64,000 bases of DNA from an uncultured delta proteobacterium (lineage in GTDB: Bacteria > Myxococcota_A > Polyangia > Polyangiales > Polyangiaceae): positions 480,001 to 544,000 of the forward strand of contig CAWKKR010000007.1 in assembly GCA_963850305.1 (NCBI GenBank), written 5' to 3'. Below are positions 37,567 to 49,217 of the stretch, piece by piece. Each line of letters begins with the position of its first letter. The stretch's first letter is position 1. The position numbers were made by a program, and so were the translations under genes. The notes beneath the pieces are model-generated. The model was not told the DNA's origin, did no database searches, and saw only the letters and a list, made by a program, of their open reading frames with translations.

Positions 37567-39414
37567 ATGAGGGTTTCTCTCCGTGCACTCGTCGCGCTGA
37601 CCGCGCTGGGTTCGGCAGCGTGCGGGGGAGGGGGTACACACCCGCGGAGCACTGACGGCGGTCCGGGAAACGGAGCGGGCGGGAACGGAAGTGCGAGCGG
37701 TGGGTCATCGGCAAAGGGTGGCGCTGCGTCGGCGAATGGCGGCGCGACCTCACGCGGCGGGAGCGCGTCGCTGGCGGACGGGAGTGTTGCGCCGACGGCG
37801 GCCTGTAAGGTCGGAACGACCCGGGGAGCCGTGCAGAGGCCCGTCTTCGTCCGAAACCTTGCGGCGGGGGAGACCGGGTGGTTCAGCTCGCCCGCCGTCG
37901 TCGACCTCGACGGCAACGGCAAGAAGGAGATCGTCGCGCCGCTCTATAGCACGTTCGTCTATGACTCTTCGGGCAAGCAGCTCGCCAAGGGGACGGCGAC
38001 CCAGGGGCGCATCTACGCGCCCGGCGTCGTCGCGGATCTCGACGGGGATGGCACGACGGAGATCGTCGTCGGAGGCAACAACGGAACCGTCGCGGCTTAC
38101 GAATGGACGAACGGCGCGCTCGCGGTGAAGGCGGGCTGGCCCGCGAGCACGTGCAGCGACGGGCAGTGTCCCGAAGCGCGCGGCATGGCCGCCGCGGACC
38201 TCGACGGCGACGGCAAGATCGAGGTCGTCGTCACGACCACGAACACCGCGACCGATGGCGCACAGGTGTTCGTGTTCGAGCCGGACGGTACGCCATACCA
38301 ACCCCCCGGACTCTCGTTCACGGCGTGGCCTCGTTACAACACGAAGACCGGCACCGGCAACGATGCCGACTGGAACGGCCCGGGCAACCATGGCTACGGT
38401 TGTTACGGGGAGAATGTGGGCATCGGCAATCTCGACGACTCACCGGATCTGGAGATCGTCGTGACTTACGACAACCACCAGATCAACGTCTTCAAAAAGG
38501 ACGGCACATCCGTCCTCGCGTCGGACTACTTCACCAACCCGGACAGCAAGTACCTCGGAAACCGCCTCGGCTGGGGCCAGTTCATCCGCTGGCGCGACCC
38601 GAAGGACGAAGCCGACGAGTACAACACGCACTCATCGTATCCGAGCGTCGACACGACCATGTGGCTCCAGTGGACCGCGTCACCGCCGAACGTCGTCGAC
38701 CTAGACGGGGACGGGAAGAACGATGTGGTCGGGATCCCCAATGCCGAGGAGCACGAGCCTTATGTGACGCAAGCTTACGCATTCATGGCGCTCCATGGAA
38801 ACTACGGGGACGGTTCCCTTTCGGCGCGGCGGCTCGACGCGTTCGACACGCTGCCCGTGAGTGACCAGCCCGCGGTGCGTACGGCCGACGATTACTACCC
38901 GCCGAGCGGCATTCCCGCGCCGACCACGGTCGACATCGTCGGCGACGCGAGGCCCGAGATCATCGCGCCGATCGACGACGGCTACGTCTACGGCATCGGC
39001 CCGGACGGTGAGCGCCTCTTTCGCTTCGACTACGCCAAGGGGGCGCCGAAGACCTTCGCGTCGGAAGTCACCGTTGCCGACCTCAACCAGGACGGCATCC
39101 CCGAGCTCGTGTTTGGCACGTACGCACTGACGAAGAACGCCGGCCGCCTCATCGTCCTGGAGAACACCGGCGAGCTCCTCTTCGACGTGCCTCTTCCGAA
39201 CCAGGGCAGCGACGGCAACGGCATCGGCGTCCCCGCCGCGCCGACGATCGCCGACCTGGACGGCGACGGGACGCTCGAGATCGTGCTCACCACGTTCGAT
39301 CACGGCATCGACATTTTTTCGGTACCCGGCTCGAGTGACAATTGCGTGCTCTGGGGGACCGGTCGCGGAAGCCTGCTCCGCAACGGAGCCGGGCCGAGCA
39401 CGATCGCGCCATGA
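37567..39414 (+). CDS. FG-GAP/VCBS repeat lipoprotein
   Basis: SAAC lipobox; repeated DLDGDGxxEIVV motifs. Confidence 0.85.
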   Translation: MRVSLRALVALTALGSAACGGGGTHPRSTDGGPGNGAGGNGSASGGSSAKGGAASANGGATSRGGSASLADGSVAPTAACKVGTTRGAVQRPVFVRNLAAGETGWFSSPAVVDLDGNGKKEIVAPLYSTFVYDSSGKQLAKGTATQGRIYAPGVVADLDGDGTTEIVVGGNNGTVAAYEWTNGALAVKAGWPASTCSDGQCPEARGMAAADLDGDGKIEVVVTTTNTATDGAQVFVFEPDGTPYQPPGLSFTAWPRYNTKTGTGNDADWNGPGNHGYGCYGENVGIGNLDDSPDLEIVVTYDNHQINVFKKDGTSVLASDYFTNPDSKYLGNRLGWGQFIRWRDPKDEADEYNTHSSYPSVDTTMWLQWTASPPNVVDLDGDGKNDVVGIPNAEEHEPYVTQAYAFMALHGNYGDGSLSARRLDAFDTLPVSDQPAVRTADDYYPPSGIPAPTTVDIVGDARPEIIAPIDDGYVYGIGPDGERLFRFDYAKGAPKTFASEVTVADLNQDGIPELVFGTYALTKNAGRLIVLENTGELLFDVPLPNQGSDGNGIGVPAAPTIADLDGDGTLEIVLTTFDHGIDIFSVPGSSDNCVLWGTGRGSLLRNGAGPSTIAP

Positions 39415-39430
39415 GCAGTCCGCATGCGCC

Positions 39431-40873
39431 TCAGGGTGTGTGTTGGAAGTCGCTCACCGCCGGATATTCCGTTCTCAGATTGTTGAACGCGGTGCTGCGG
39501 TCCACGCAGTTCAGAGCCTGTTCGAGCACCGCGGTGCTCGTGTAATTGATGATGGCCGGGCCTCTCGTCGGATCCGGCATCGTCCCGCATTGAGCGATCG
39601 AGTCGAGGAGCGGCAAGGCAAGACCGCTGCAGGTCAGGTACTGGTTCGCGACCTGGATCGCAGTTTGACCGGACGAATTCTTTTCCCAGCACAGGTCCGT
39701 CACGTCGAGGTGATTCCCGTTGGCGATGCCGACCAGGTACTTGTCGGCGCCGACGGAGGATGAGTAGGCGCTCTGGTCGGACGAGTACGGGACGACGGAA
39801 TCGTTCGCTCCGCCCGCGAGCAGGACGGCTTTTATCATCGATCCCGTCACGGCCGTTCCGCCGAGATCGGCGAACGGCATGTCGACCTCGACGTTCGGCT
39901 TGGTGCCGAAACCCGCGGCGGCCGAGGCGCCCGCGCTGTGTCCGCTGATCGCGATGCGCGACGTATCGACCGAGTTGCCCAGGAATGACAGATCGCCGGT
40001 TCTGGCGTTCAGCGCCGCAATCTCGGCGTCGACATCCCGGCTCAGGTCCTCCGAGATCCCGGTCGTCGCGCCGCAACCCGAGCCCAGGAAGTCGGAGAGA
40101 AACAGTCCTGGGTGGTCCGCGGCGAGCACCACGAACCCGTGCGAGGCCCACTGGACCATGGTCGACATCGATGCGATCCGGAATGAGGCCGTGCCGTGGA
40201 TGAAGATCACCGCCGGGTAGGGACCATGGCTCGTGTCAGGCGGTAGATCGCGGTAGCACTTTCCTTCTCCGAGCTTGGTGAAGTCGCAGATCGCAGGTGC
40301 ATTGGCCGAAGCCGGGATCTCGCTGGCGTTCGGACCGAGCCACGCGGTCACGTCGTAGCTGACCGGGGTCTGTCCCGCGTCGCTGCCGAACGTCGCGGGG
40401 TACCAGACTTCGACCTTGAGGCTGCCGCCCGTCATCGCGACGCTCACCGTCTTCACGCCGACGGGCCACGGACCCGGCTTTCCGGGATCCGGATCCGCTT
40501 GGTAAATCTTCGAGCTCCCGCAACCGCTGACGACGGGTGGCTCGCCCGAGGAGGCATTCGCTCCGCCAGCGCCGGTGTTGCCCGTTCCGCCGGTGTTGCC
40601 GGTGCCCGTTCCGCCGGTGTTGCCGGTGCCCGTTCCGCCGGTGTCGCCCGTGGCACCGACTCCGCCGACATTGCCCGTTCCACTCACGTTGCCGGCTCCG
40701 CCGAAGTTGCCGGAATTGCCGGCCCCACCCGCGTTGCCGGTGTTGCCGGCTCCGCCGACGGCGGCAACGCCGCCCGTGCTCGATTCCCCCTCGTTCCCGC
40801 TGCCGCTCGGATTATTGGACGAGCAAGCGACCATAGCGATGCATCCGAAAAGTGCGATACCGATGAATTTCAT
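39431..40873 (-). CDS. Alpha/beta hydrolase lipoprotein (chlorophyllase/dienelactone hydrolase-like) with Gly-rich linker
   Basis: MVAC lipobox; YPAVIFIHG, ASHGFVV..DH and GHSAG nucleophile. Confidence 0.8.
   Translation of the reverse strand: MKFIGIALFGCIAMVACSSNNPSGSGNEGESSTGGVAAVGGAGNTGNAGGAGNSGNFGGAGNVSGTGNVGGVGATGDTGGTGTGNTGGTGTGNTGGTGNTGAGGANASSGEPPVVSGCGSSKIYQADPDPGKPGPWPVGVKTVSVAMTGGSLKVEVWYPATFGSDAGQTPVSYDVTAWLGPNASEIPASANAPAICDFTKLGEGKCYRDLPPDTSHGPYPAVIFIHGTASFRIASMSTMVQWASHGFVVLAADHPGLFLSDFLGSGCGATTGISEDLSRDVDAEIAALNARTGDLSFLGNSVDTSRIAISGHSAGASAAAGFGTKPNVEVDMPFADLGGTAVTGSMIKAVLLAGGANDSVVPYSSDQSAYSSSVGADKYLVGIANGNHLDVTDLCWEKNSSGQTAIQVANQYLTCSGLALPLLDSIAQCGTMPDPTRGPAIINYTSTAVLEQALNCVDRSTAFNNLRTEYPAVSDFQHTP
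40572..40760 (-). repeat. Gly/Thr/Asn-rich coding repeats (24-bp GNTGGTGT units and degenerate 27-bp units)
   Basis: CCGCCGGTGTTGCCGGTGCCCGTT repeated in the hydrolase linker. Confidence 0.7.
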
Positions 40874-41079
40874 CTTCGAGCCTCCCGCGGCGCCGTTCGG
40901 ATCCCGGACGCGCCCATCCGCGGGATGCCCACTTCGCAGCGGATCCATTGGCACGAGCGCCGCGGCTGGGCGCGCCATTTTCATAACCGGCGACGCCAAC
41001 CGGTCGGTGCTATCCGTCGGAGGGCGCGTGGTCGCCACGGGCTTCGTCACGTCCTGACGGGCAGCCGACGCGCGTCTCG

Positions 41080-42381
41080 ATGCACGCGATCAGCAAATAT
41101 CTCGCACGGTGGACGGAGCCGGAGGCGGCGTTTGCGTCGAAGATCGAAGGCCCGTACGCGCGGACACTCGTGGTCCCGGCGTGTCGCGAAGTCGGGTCGC
41201 TACTCGACGGTTACGCGGACGCGACGACTGCGGCCTCGGGGCGAACTCTCGTCATCCTCGTCGTCAATGGACCGGACGATGGCGAGGGTGCGGCAGAAAA
41301 CGCGGCGCTGCTCGACGCAGTGCGTGCTCGCGCAACGGGTGCCCGTGACATCGCGGTCGAAGGTTGCCGCGGCTTTGCGGGTTCGCACACGTCGAGCTGC
41401 GACGTCCTCGTCGTCGACCGAGCGTCGCCCGGCGCTCGTGTCCCGCGGAAGGAGGGTGTCGGGCTCGCACGGAAGATCGGCGCAGACGTGGCGCTCGCGC
41501 TCCACGCACGCGGGCGCGTGGCATCGCGGTTCATCTTCAACACCGACGCCGACGCGACGCTCCCGGAGTCGTACTTCGACGTCGGGGAGGTGGAGACGTA
41601 CGGGCGCGTCGCGGCTCTCGTATTTCCGTTCTGGCACGACGCAGGCGCCGACACGGAAATCGCGACAGGGACGGCGCTCTACGAGCTCTCGCTCCGGTAC
41701 TACGTCGCGGGGCTCGCGTGGGCGGGCTCGCCGTATGCGTTTCACACACTCGGCAGCGCGACCGCCGTCAGTGTGGAAGCGTACGCCGCGGTCCGTGGCT
41801 TCCCGAAGCGCGCCGCCGCCGAGGACTTTTACCTTCTGAACAAGGTCGCGAAGGTCGGGAGCGTGGTGCGAACGACGGGGCCGACGATCCGGTTGCGCTC
41901 GCGGTCCTCGGATCGGACCCCCTTCGGAACCGGCGCGAGCCTGACGAGCGCCCGTGAGCGCTTCTTCTATCCGCCCGAGTGCTTCTCGGCGCTGAAGACC
42001 GTCCTCACGACCCTCACGTCGTTCGCGACGCACGGATCCGTGGAGCGATTGTTCATCGACCTGCGTGAGCTCGGCCCTCGGGTGAGCGACGCCGTGCTCG
42101 ACGTGTTCGAGCAATTCGACGGACGCGACGCCCTCGCCGCGGTGAGCCGTGAAGTGGACGACGTCGCCGCACGACTCGAGCGCGTGCATGTCTGGTTCGA
42201 TGCGTTCCGCACGCTGAAGGCCATCCACACCGTCCGCGCAATCGTGCCGCCGAACGAATCTTGGAAGGACACCCTCGAACGCGCGCCGTTCGCGCCGAAG
42301 ACCGCGTCGGGCTCGGACGTCGACGAGCTGCGAAGGGCGTTCATGGTCGAGCGCAGCTACGAAGACTCCAAAAGGCAGTGA
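41080..42381 (+). CDS. Glycosyltransferase family 2-like protein
   Basis: LVVPACRE, GVGLARKIGAD, TDAD, YAFHTLGS, AAEDFYLLNK and SDRTPFGTG. Confidence 0.7.
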   Translation: MHAISKYLARWTEPEAAFASKIEGPYARTLVVPACREVGSLLDGYADATTAASGRTLVILVVNGPDDGEGAAENAALLDAVRARATGARDIAVEGCRGFAGSHTSSCDVLVVDRASPGARVPRKEGVGLARKIGADVALALHARGRVASRFIFNTDADATLPESYFDVGEVETYGRVAALVFPFWHDAGADTEIATGTALYELSLRYYVAGLAWAGSPYAFHTLGSATAVSVEAYAAVRGFPKRAAAEDFYLLNKVAKVGSVVRTTGPTIRLRSRSSDRTPFGTGASLTSARERFFYPPECFSALKTVLTTLTSFATHGSVERLFIDLRELGPRVSDAVLDVFEQFDGRDALAAVSREVDDVAARLERVHVWFDAFRTLKAIHTVRAIVPPNESWKDTLERAPFAPKTASGSDVDELRRAFMVERSYEDSKRQ

Positions 42382-42497
42382 TCGACTCTCGCCCCTCGAC
42401 CCTCGATGAACGTGCATGCATCGGGACACGCCAGAACCTGGGTCGGTGCCGCTCGGCGAGCACCATAGTCGGAGAAGTCGACGACGTGGCGCCCGAC

Positions 42498-43121
42498 TCA
42501 CCGCGCGTGCGCTCGCAACCGGCGGCCCGCGACGAGTCCGAGCAATGCCGCGATGACGACCCCGCCGAAATGAAACACTGCGACGTGGGGCGCGTCGTGC
42601 GCGGCGGGGCAGCGGAAGTGTAGGTAGGCGTCGGCGCTGAGCGCGGCCCACGCGGCAAACGCGGCCACGGTCCGCACGGGCGGCGGCGCGCGTCCCGAAA
42701 TCGCTCGCGAGGCCAGGAACCCAATCGGTACGATCGCGGCGCCAAGCTCGATCAGAATGCACTCGATGCCGACGCGCGCCACGAGCCCGCCGCCCTCGGT
42801 GTCGAACCACGCCGCGAGCGCGGCGACGAGGATTGCGATCCACGCGGACGGCGGCCCCGACGGACGGCGGGCGGCCTCGGCGGCGGCCTGCTGCGCGTCC
42901 TCTTCGGCGACCACGGCACGGCGTACGCGTTCGAGCACCGCCGGCGTCGGGGGTTCGACCGGAAGGGCAGCGTCGATGAGGAAGCAGAGCTCCTTTCCCT
43001 CCGCAAGGGCTCGGGCGCAGTCGTCACACGTGGCCGCGTGTTCGTACGCGGCGATCCGTTCGGGATCGGTCTCGCGCAAGGCGGCGATGCCCGCGGCTTG
43101 GTCCCGGACGTGCGCGATCAT
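42498..43121 (-). CDS. Membrane anti-sigma factor (zf-HC2 plus NrsF/DUF1109-like C-terminus)
   Basis: HAATCDDC zinc motif, TM helices and LHFRCP...HVAVFH; overlaps the ECF stop. Confidence 0.75.
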   Translation of the reverse strand: MIAHVRDQAAGIAALRETDPERIAAYEHAATCDDCARALAEGKELCFLIDAALPVEPPTPAVLERVRRAVVAEEDAQQAAAEAARRPSGPPSAWIAILVAALAAWFDTEGGGLVARVGIECILIELGAAIVPIGFLASRAISGRAPPPVRTVAAFAAWAALSADAYLHFRCPAAHDAPHVAVFHFGGVVIAALLGLVAGRRLRAHAR

Positions 43122-43726
43122 GCGGGTTTCCCTCCCGCCCCTTCGACGGCAATGCCGAGTGACGCCGAGAGCTCTTGCCGGAGGGTCTCGTAGGCGCGGA
43201 AAGCGTGCTGGCGGACGGCGCCCGGGCTGGTGTCGAGCGCCTTCGCTATCTCGGCGAAGGTCAGTCCCTCGTATCGGTGAAGGTGGAGAATCGTGCGCTG
43301 AGTGTCGGGGAGGGCAGCAATGGCGGCGCGTACGGTGTCGCGCCGCTCGGCGGACGCTTCCCGGCTCTTTGCGCGTGCAAAGGCGTCCGATTCGTCGGCA
43401 GCGGCGATTGCGTCTTCACCCGTGTCTTCGGCCAGGCGTTTCCGCTTTCGCCATTCGTCACGGCGCACGTGCCCCGCGACCGTGAAGAGCCAGGGTCGAA
43501 GGGGCAGGTCCGGCCGGTATGTGTCTCGAGCTCGGTGCACTTTCAGGAACGTGATCTGCAGCAGCTCGTCGGCGACACTGGCGTCACGGAACGAACGCAG
43601 GAAAAACGCATGGACCCGAGGTGCGAGGATGGCGAACAGTTTGTCGAAAGCCCGGCGATCCCCGGCGACGTAGGCCGCCATCAGCGACTCCTCGCTTTCT
43701 GGGTCCGAGAGGCCACTACGCGCCAT
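43118..43726 (-). CDS. ECF RNA polymerase sigma factor
   Basis: GDRRAF, ADELLQITF, RPWLFTVA and GLTFAEIA region 2/4 motifs. Confidence 0.92.
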   Translation of the reverse strand: MARSGLSDPESEESLMAAYVAGDRRAFDKLFAILAPRVHAFFLRSFRDASVADELLQITFLKVHRARDTYRPDLPLRPWLFTVAGHVRRDEWRKRKRLAEDTGEDAIAAADESDAFARAKSREASAERRDTVRAAIAALPDTQRTILHLHRYEGLTFAEIAKALDTSPGAVRQHAFRAYETLRQELSASLGIAVEGAGGKPA

Positions 43727-43783
43727 TCGCGCCGAAAGTTACGCCGAGGCTCCGCGGGTGGCTACGCCCGCGATCGAATACGT

Positions 43784-44590
43784 TCACCCCGCGGTGGGCG
43801 CGGCCGGGGCCGGCGAGGCGTCGCTCGCCGCGGGACCGTCGACGAGCAGCCGATCAACGGTGAACGGGGCGTAGTAATTGCCGTGGCCCACCCAGCCGAC
43901 CACGACGACCTCCACCGGGGCCGGAACTCGAGCGTCGTAGGAGAGGGTCACCTCGAACCCCGTCTTCTCCTTCGGCATGGTTCCGAAGTCGGTCTTCACT
44001 TCGGCGTAGAGCACGCGCTTTCCACCCGTCTCCACCAGCATTGCGTCCACGCTCGGTGCCATCGGAACGCCGAAGTCCACCGGCGTCAGGTACGTCACGT
44101 AGACGCGCCCGCTCTGCTCTCTGAAGGCCATCCGGCCCTTCGTGTCGCGCAAGGAGACGACACTGGAAAACGTCACCGGCGCGATCTGCTTGTACTCGAG
44201 GCGGTGGATCGGCAAATCGCGGTCGAGCGCCTCGCTCTCGCCGTGCTCCAGGAGGCCGTACCAGAGCCAGCCGCGCGCCGCCGCGCGGACGTGTCCAGGG
44301 ATCGGGTCCCAGGGGGACACGACGGTCTCCATGTGAATGGGACGCGACTCTGCCGTCCATTCAATCGCGCTCGCGAGCGGGTCGTCCGCGAAGCGCGTCC
44401 GGCCGTGGCATTCGAGAATCCAGTTCGTCCCGGCGGCCACGGGGGGCCGCAGCTCGAAACGCAACACGTCCCCGACGTGCCCATCCACCGCATCCGGCAC
44501 GACCAGCGCTGTCCCGAACGCCGAGTGCTGTTGCACGTTGGTCATGCAGGCCACGCAGGAAACGAGAGTGGCGGTCAGGAGCCGGCGCAT
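43784..44590 (-). CDS. Hypothetical exported/lipoprotein
   Basis: MRRLLTATLVSCVAC signal; coding-like codon usage. Confidence 0.6.
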   Translation of the reverse strand: MRRLLTATLVSCVACMTNVQQHSAFGTALVVPDAVDGHVGDVLRFELRPPVAAGTNWILECHGRTRFADDPLASAIEWTAESRPIHMETVVSPWDPIPGHVRAAARGWLWYGLLEHGESEALDRDLPIHRLEYKQIAPVTFSSVVSLRDTKGRMAFREQSGRVYVTYLTPVDFGVPMAPSVDAMLVETGGKRVLYAEVKTDFGTMPKEKTGFEVTLSYDARVPAPVEVVVVGWVGHGNYYAPFTVDRLLVDGPAASDASPAPAAPTAG

Positions 44591-44729
44591 GAGTTTTCGG
44601 GACGCTAGCCTAGAGCCCCGGCGGGTCCGGCAGCAACGGGGGTTCCTTGTGCTAGTAACGAAGGGAGGGTCTTGGCCTCCCGCGGCTTTGCTTCGCAACC
44701 GCTCCCCCCGCCGCCTTCGGCGGGCTCGC

Positions 44730-44786
44730 GTAGTTCCGTGCCTCTTTGATCCATCGGGGACGACGGCGGCGTCGATGCGGAACTAC
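44730..44786 (-). repeat. REP/REPIN-like palindromic element, copy 1
   Basis: GTAGTTCCG...CGGAACTAC terminal inverted repeat; reverse complement matches the copies at 56282 and 60926. Confidence 0.8.
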
Positions 44787-44808
44787 TTTCTGGCGCGTTA
44801 CAACGGAA

Positions 44809-47800
44809 ATGCTCGAAATGGACGAAACGGCCCCCACGTCGCAGGCGCTCTCGGCGTTTCATCCAGCCGTTCGCGGCTGGTTCGAAGCGCACGTCGGGAC
44901 GCCGACCACGCCCCAGGAGCACGGGTGGCCTCACATCGTCGCCGGCGAAAATACGCTCATCGCCGCTCCCACCGGGTCCGGCAAGACCCTCGCGGCGTTC
45001 CTCGCGGCGATCGATGAGCTCGTTCGCGACGGCGTGAACGACCCTCTGCCGGACGAGACGCGGGTCGTCTACGTGTCGCCGCTCAAGGCGCTCAGCAACG
45101 ACATCCAGCGGAATCTGGAGGCGCCACTCGCTGGAATCGCGACCGAACTCGAGGCGCTTGGCCTGCCGCGCGTCGACATCCGGACGATGGTCCGGAGCGG
45201 TGACACCCACAGTCGAGACCGCGCGCGGATGACGTCGCGTCCGCCACACGTCGTGGTCACGACGCCGGAATCCCTCTACATCTTGCTCACGAGCGAGGGG
45301 GGCCGAAAACTCCTCCGGACGGTCCGGTCCGTCATCGTCGACGAGATTCACGCTCTCGTCGGCGACAAGAGGGGATCCCATCTCGCGCTTTCACTGGCAC
45401 GGCTCGACGCCCTTGCCGGGAAGGCTGTCCAGCGCATTGGTCTCAGCGCGACGCAACGCCCGATCGATCGCGTCGCTCGGTTCCTTGTCGGCGCGGATCG
45501 AGCCGGCGCCGACAGACTCTGCGCGATCGTCGATTCTGGACACATCCGTCCGCGTGATCTGGCGATCGAACTGCCGCGCTCGCCGCTCGAAGCCGTGATG
45601 GCGGGCGAGGTGTGGGAGGAGATTTACGCGCGCATGGTCGAGCTCATAAAGGAGCACCGGACGACGCTGATCTTCGTGAATACCCGCCGCCTCGCGGAGC
45701 GTATGACCCGGAGGCTCGGAGAGCTACTCGGTGCCGATCAGGTCACTTCGCACCACGGCAGTCTCTCTCGCGAACAGCGGTTCCGCGCCGAGCAGCGACT
45801 GAAGTCTGGCGAGCTTCGCGCCCTCGTCGCGACGGCCTCGCTCGAGCTCGGCATCGACGTCGGCAGCGTGGACCTCGTCTGTCAGATGGGTTCGACACGG
45901 TCTATCGCGAGTTTGCTCCAGCGGGTCGGGCGCGCGGGACATTTTCACGGCGGCGTCGCCAAGGGGAGGGTCTTCCCGCTCTCACGCGATGAGCTGGTCG
46001 AGATGCTCGCGCTCCTCGAAGCGGTCGGTCGCGGCGAGCTCGACCGCGTTTCCGTGCCCGAGGCGCCGCTCGACATCCTCGCCCAGCAGATCGTCGCGGC
46101 CACCGCCTGCGAAGAATGGGATGAAGACGCCCTCTTCGCGGTTCTCCGGACCGCCGATCCGTATCGCGCCGTCGACCGCTCGGCGTTCGATGCGCTGGTC
46201 CGCATGCTCGCCGAGGGGTTCAGCACGCGTCGCGGCCGTCGCGGCGCGCGTATTCATCACGATGGCACGCACGGCAAGCTCCGCGCGCGCCGTGGGTCGC
46301 GACTCACCGCGATCACGAGCGGCGGCGCGATCCCCGACATGGCCGATTATGACGTCATCGCCGATCCGGCGGGCTTGCGGGTCGGCTCGATCAACGAAGA
46401 CTTTGCGATCGAGAGCATGGCCGGCGACGTGTTCCAGCTCGGCAACGCCTCGTGGCGCATTCTCAAGGTGGAGCCGAGCGTCGTCCGGGTGGAAGATGCC
46501 CGCGGCCAACCGCCGTCCATCCCTTTCTGGCTGGGCGAAGCCCCCGGACGCACGCACGAGCTCTCGGTGGCGGTCTCGGAGTTCCGCTGCTCGGTCGAGG
46601 CGCGTCTCGGCGCGGTACCCGGAGACATCGAAGGGACGGTCGCGTGGCTTTCGGAGAGGCCCGGCGTCACGATCGCAGCGGCGCGCCAGGCCGTGGAATA
46701 CCTCGCTGCGGGCCGCGTCGCGCTGGGCGTGATTCCGTCGCGCGACACCCTCGTCCTCGAGCGGTTCTTCGACGACAGCGGCGGCATGCAGCTCGTCGTG
46801 CATTCGCTCTTCGGCAATCGCATCAATCGCGCGTGGGGCCTCGCGCTACGAAAGCGATTCTGTCAGCGCTTCGATTTCGAGCTCCAGGCCGCCGCGACCG
46901 ACGATGCGATCGTGCTTTCGCTCGGCCCGACGCACAGTTTTCCGCTCGAGGAAGTGTTCGAGTACCTTCGCGCGGAGTCGGTCCGCGAGCTCATCATCCA
47001 GGCGGCGCTCGTTGCGCCGATGTTCAAGTCGCGCTGGCGCTGGAACGCGACGCGCGCGCTCGCCGTCGTCCGCTGGCGCGCCGGAAAACGAGTGCCGCCA
47101 CGGTTTCAGCGTATGGACGCGGACGACCTCGTGGCCGTCGTATTCCCGGACCAGGTGGCGTGTCAGGACAACCTGCCCGGAGCGCGCGAAGTGCCGGACC
47201 ATCCGCTGGTCAAGCAGACGATCGACGATTGCCTCGTCGAGGCGATGGACATTCACGGGTTCGAGGCGCTTCTGCGCGACATTGCAGGCGGGCGGAAGAA
47301 CCTCGTCGCCAAAGACACGACAGAGCCGTCTCCGTTCGCGCAGGAGATCCTCACCGCGCGTCCATACGCGTTTCTCGACGACGCACCGCTCGAGGAGCGC
47401 CGCACGCAAGCGGTCTATTCACGTCGCCTTCTCGACGCGCGTTCCGCGTCCGATCTCGGCGCGCTCGACGTTTCGGCGATCGAGCGCGTGCGCGGCGAAG
47501 CGTGGCCCGCGCCGGTGAACGCGGACGAACTCCACGAAGCGCTCGTTCTCCTCGGGTTTCTCACCGACCGAGAGGGGAGAGAGGGGGGTTGGTCCGGATT
47601 TTTCGACGAGCTGTGCGCCGGCGGACGCGCCACGTCTGTGAGCCTCGACTCGCGCAGAGCGCTCTGGGTCGCGGCCGATAGACTTCCGGAGGTCGTCGCC
47701 GCGTTTTCCGTGGAGCCGTCCTTCGGCTCGGCCTTCCACACGACACCCGAGATTCGAGCCGCCTCGCAGCGCCGCCGCGCGAACGTGGGACCCGGAAGCG

Positions 47801-49183
47801 GCGCTCGTCGAGATCGTGCGTGGCCGACTCGAGTCGGTCGGTCCGACCACGACACCGGCGCTCGTCGCGTCGAGCGGCGTCTCCGCCGCTCGCATGGACG
47901 TCGCGCTTGCGGCGTTGGAGTCGGAAGGCTTCGTCCTGCGCGGCCGATTCACGCCGGGCGTCGCGGAGCGCGAGTGGTGCGAGCGGCGCCTCCTCGCGCG
48001 CATCCATCGGTACACGCTCGGCCGATTGCGGAGCGAAATCGAGCCCGTATCGCAGACCGACTACGTGCGGTTTCTCCTTCGATGGCAGCGCGTGTCCGCC
48101 GACACGAAGATGCGTGGTCCCGAGAGCGTCGCGGCCGTCCTCGCGCAGCTCGAAGGGTTCGAGGTCCCGGCGCATGCCTGGGAGTCGGAGATTCTCCCGT
48201 CCCGCATCGCGGACTATTCGTCGGCGTGGCTCGACGCGCTCTGCCTGTCGGGACGCTTCACGTGGTTCCGGCGATCGCTCGCCGCGCGCGCGGGCCGTGC
48301 GTCGGGGCCAGTTCGCAACTCGCCCGTCGCGCTCGTTGCGCGAGCGAACGCCGTTGCGTGGCACGGAGCGGCGTCCGCGGAAGCTCTCGATTTCGGCCCG
48401 GCGGCGGCCAGGGTGCGCGCGGAGCTCGAGCGACGCGGTGCGACTTTCTTCGACGATCTGGTGACCGGCACGCGGCTGATCCGCACCGAGGTCGAACAAG
48501 GTCTCGGGGAGCTCGTGACCCACGGACGGGTCACCTCGGATGCGTTTGCCGGCCTGCGGTCGTTGGTCACTCCGGCCGCCGAGCGTGCACGCGGCCCGTC
48601 ACGCCGCCGCGGCGCGCGTCCCGTCTTCGGGATGGGCGGCGCCGGAAGGTGGTCGCTGCTCGACACCGCGAAACGGGTCGACGTGGATGCGGCCGACCTC
48701 GAATGCGTCGCGCGGGCATTGCTTCGTCGCTATGGCGTGGTCTTCCGGAAGATACTGGAGCGCGAGACGGAGCTCCCGCCGTTCCGCGATTTGCTGCGGG
48801 TTTACCGGCGTCTGGAGGCGAGCGGAGAGTTGCGGGGAGGGCGCTTCGTCGCAGGCTTCTCGGGCGAGCAGTACGCTTTACCCGAAGCCGTCGAAGCTCT
48901 ACGCGCAGCCAGGCGCGACCAGGCGTCGGGCGCGCTCGTGGCCGTGTGCGCTGCGGATCCGCTGAACGTCGTCGGCGTCGTCACGCCGGGCGAGCGCATT
49001 CCGGCGATCGCGTCCAATCGCGTCCTTTATCGCGACGGCTTACCCGTCGCGCGGAAGATTGGCGCCCGCGTCGAGTTCCTGAATGGCGCGGAACCTCCAG
49101 AACGCTGGGCGCTCGAGACGGCGCTCGTCCGCCGCCCCACGCCCGAGCGCGAACACGACCGCGAACGCGCGGTCACCACGTGA
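44809..49183 (+). CDS. lhr: Lhr family ATP-dependent helicase (frameshift near 47753)
   Basis: [34 protein letters not shown] and QRVGRAGH; C-terminus ([14 protein letters not shown]) lies in the second frame. Removing one T at GATTC 47751-47755 joins them. Confidence 0.9.
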
Positions 49184-49217
49184 CCGCGCCCATCCGAGCG
49201 ATGTAGACTGCTCGTCC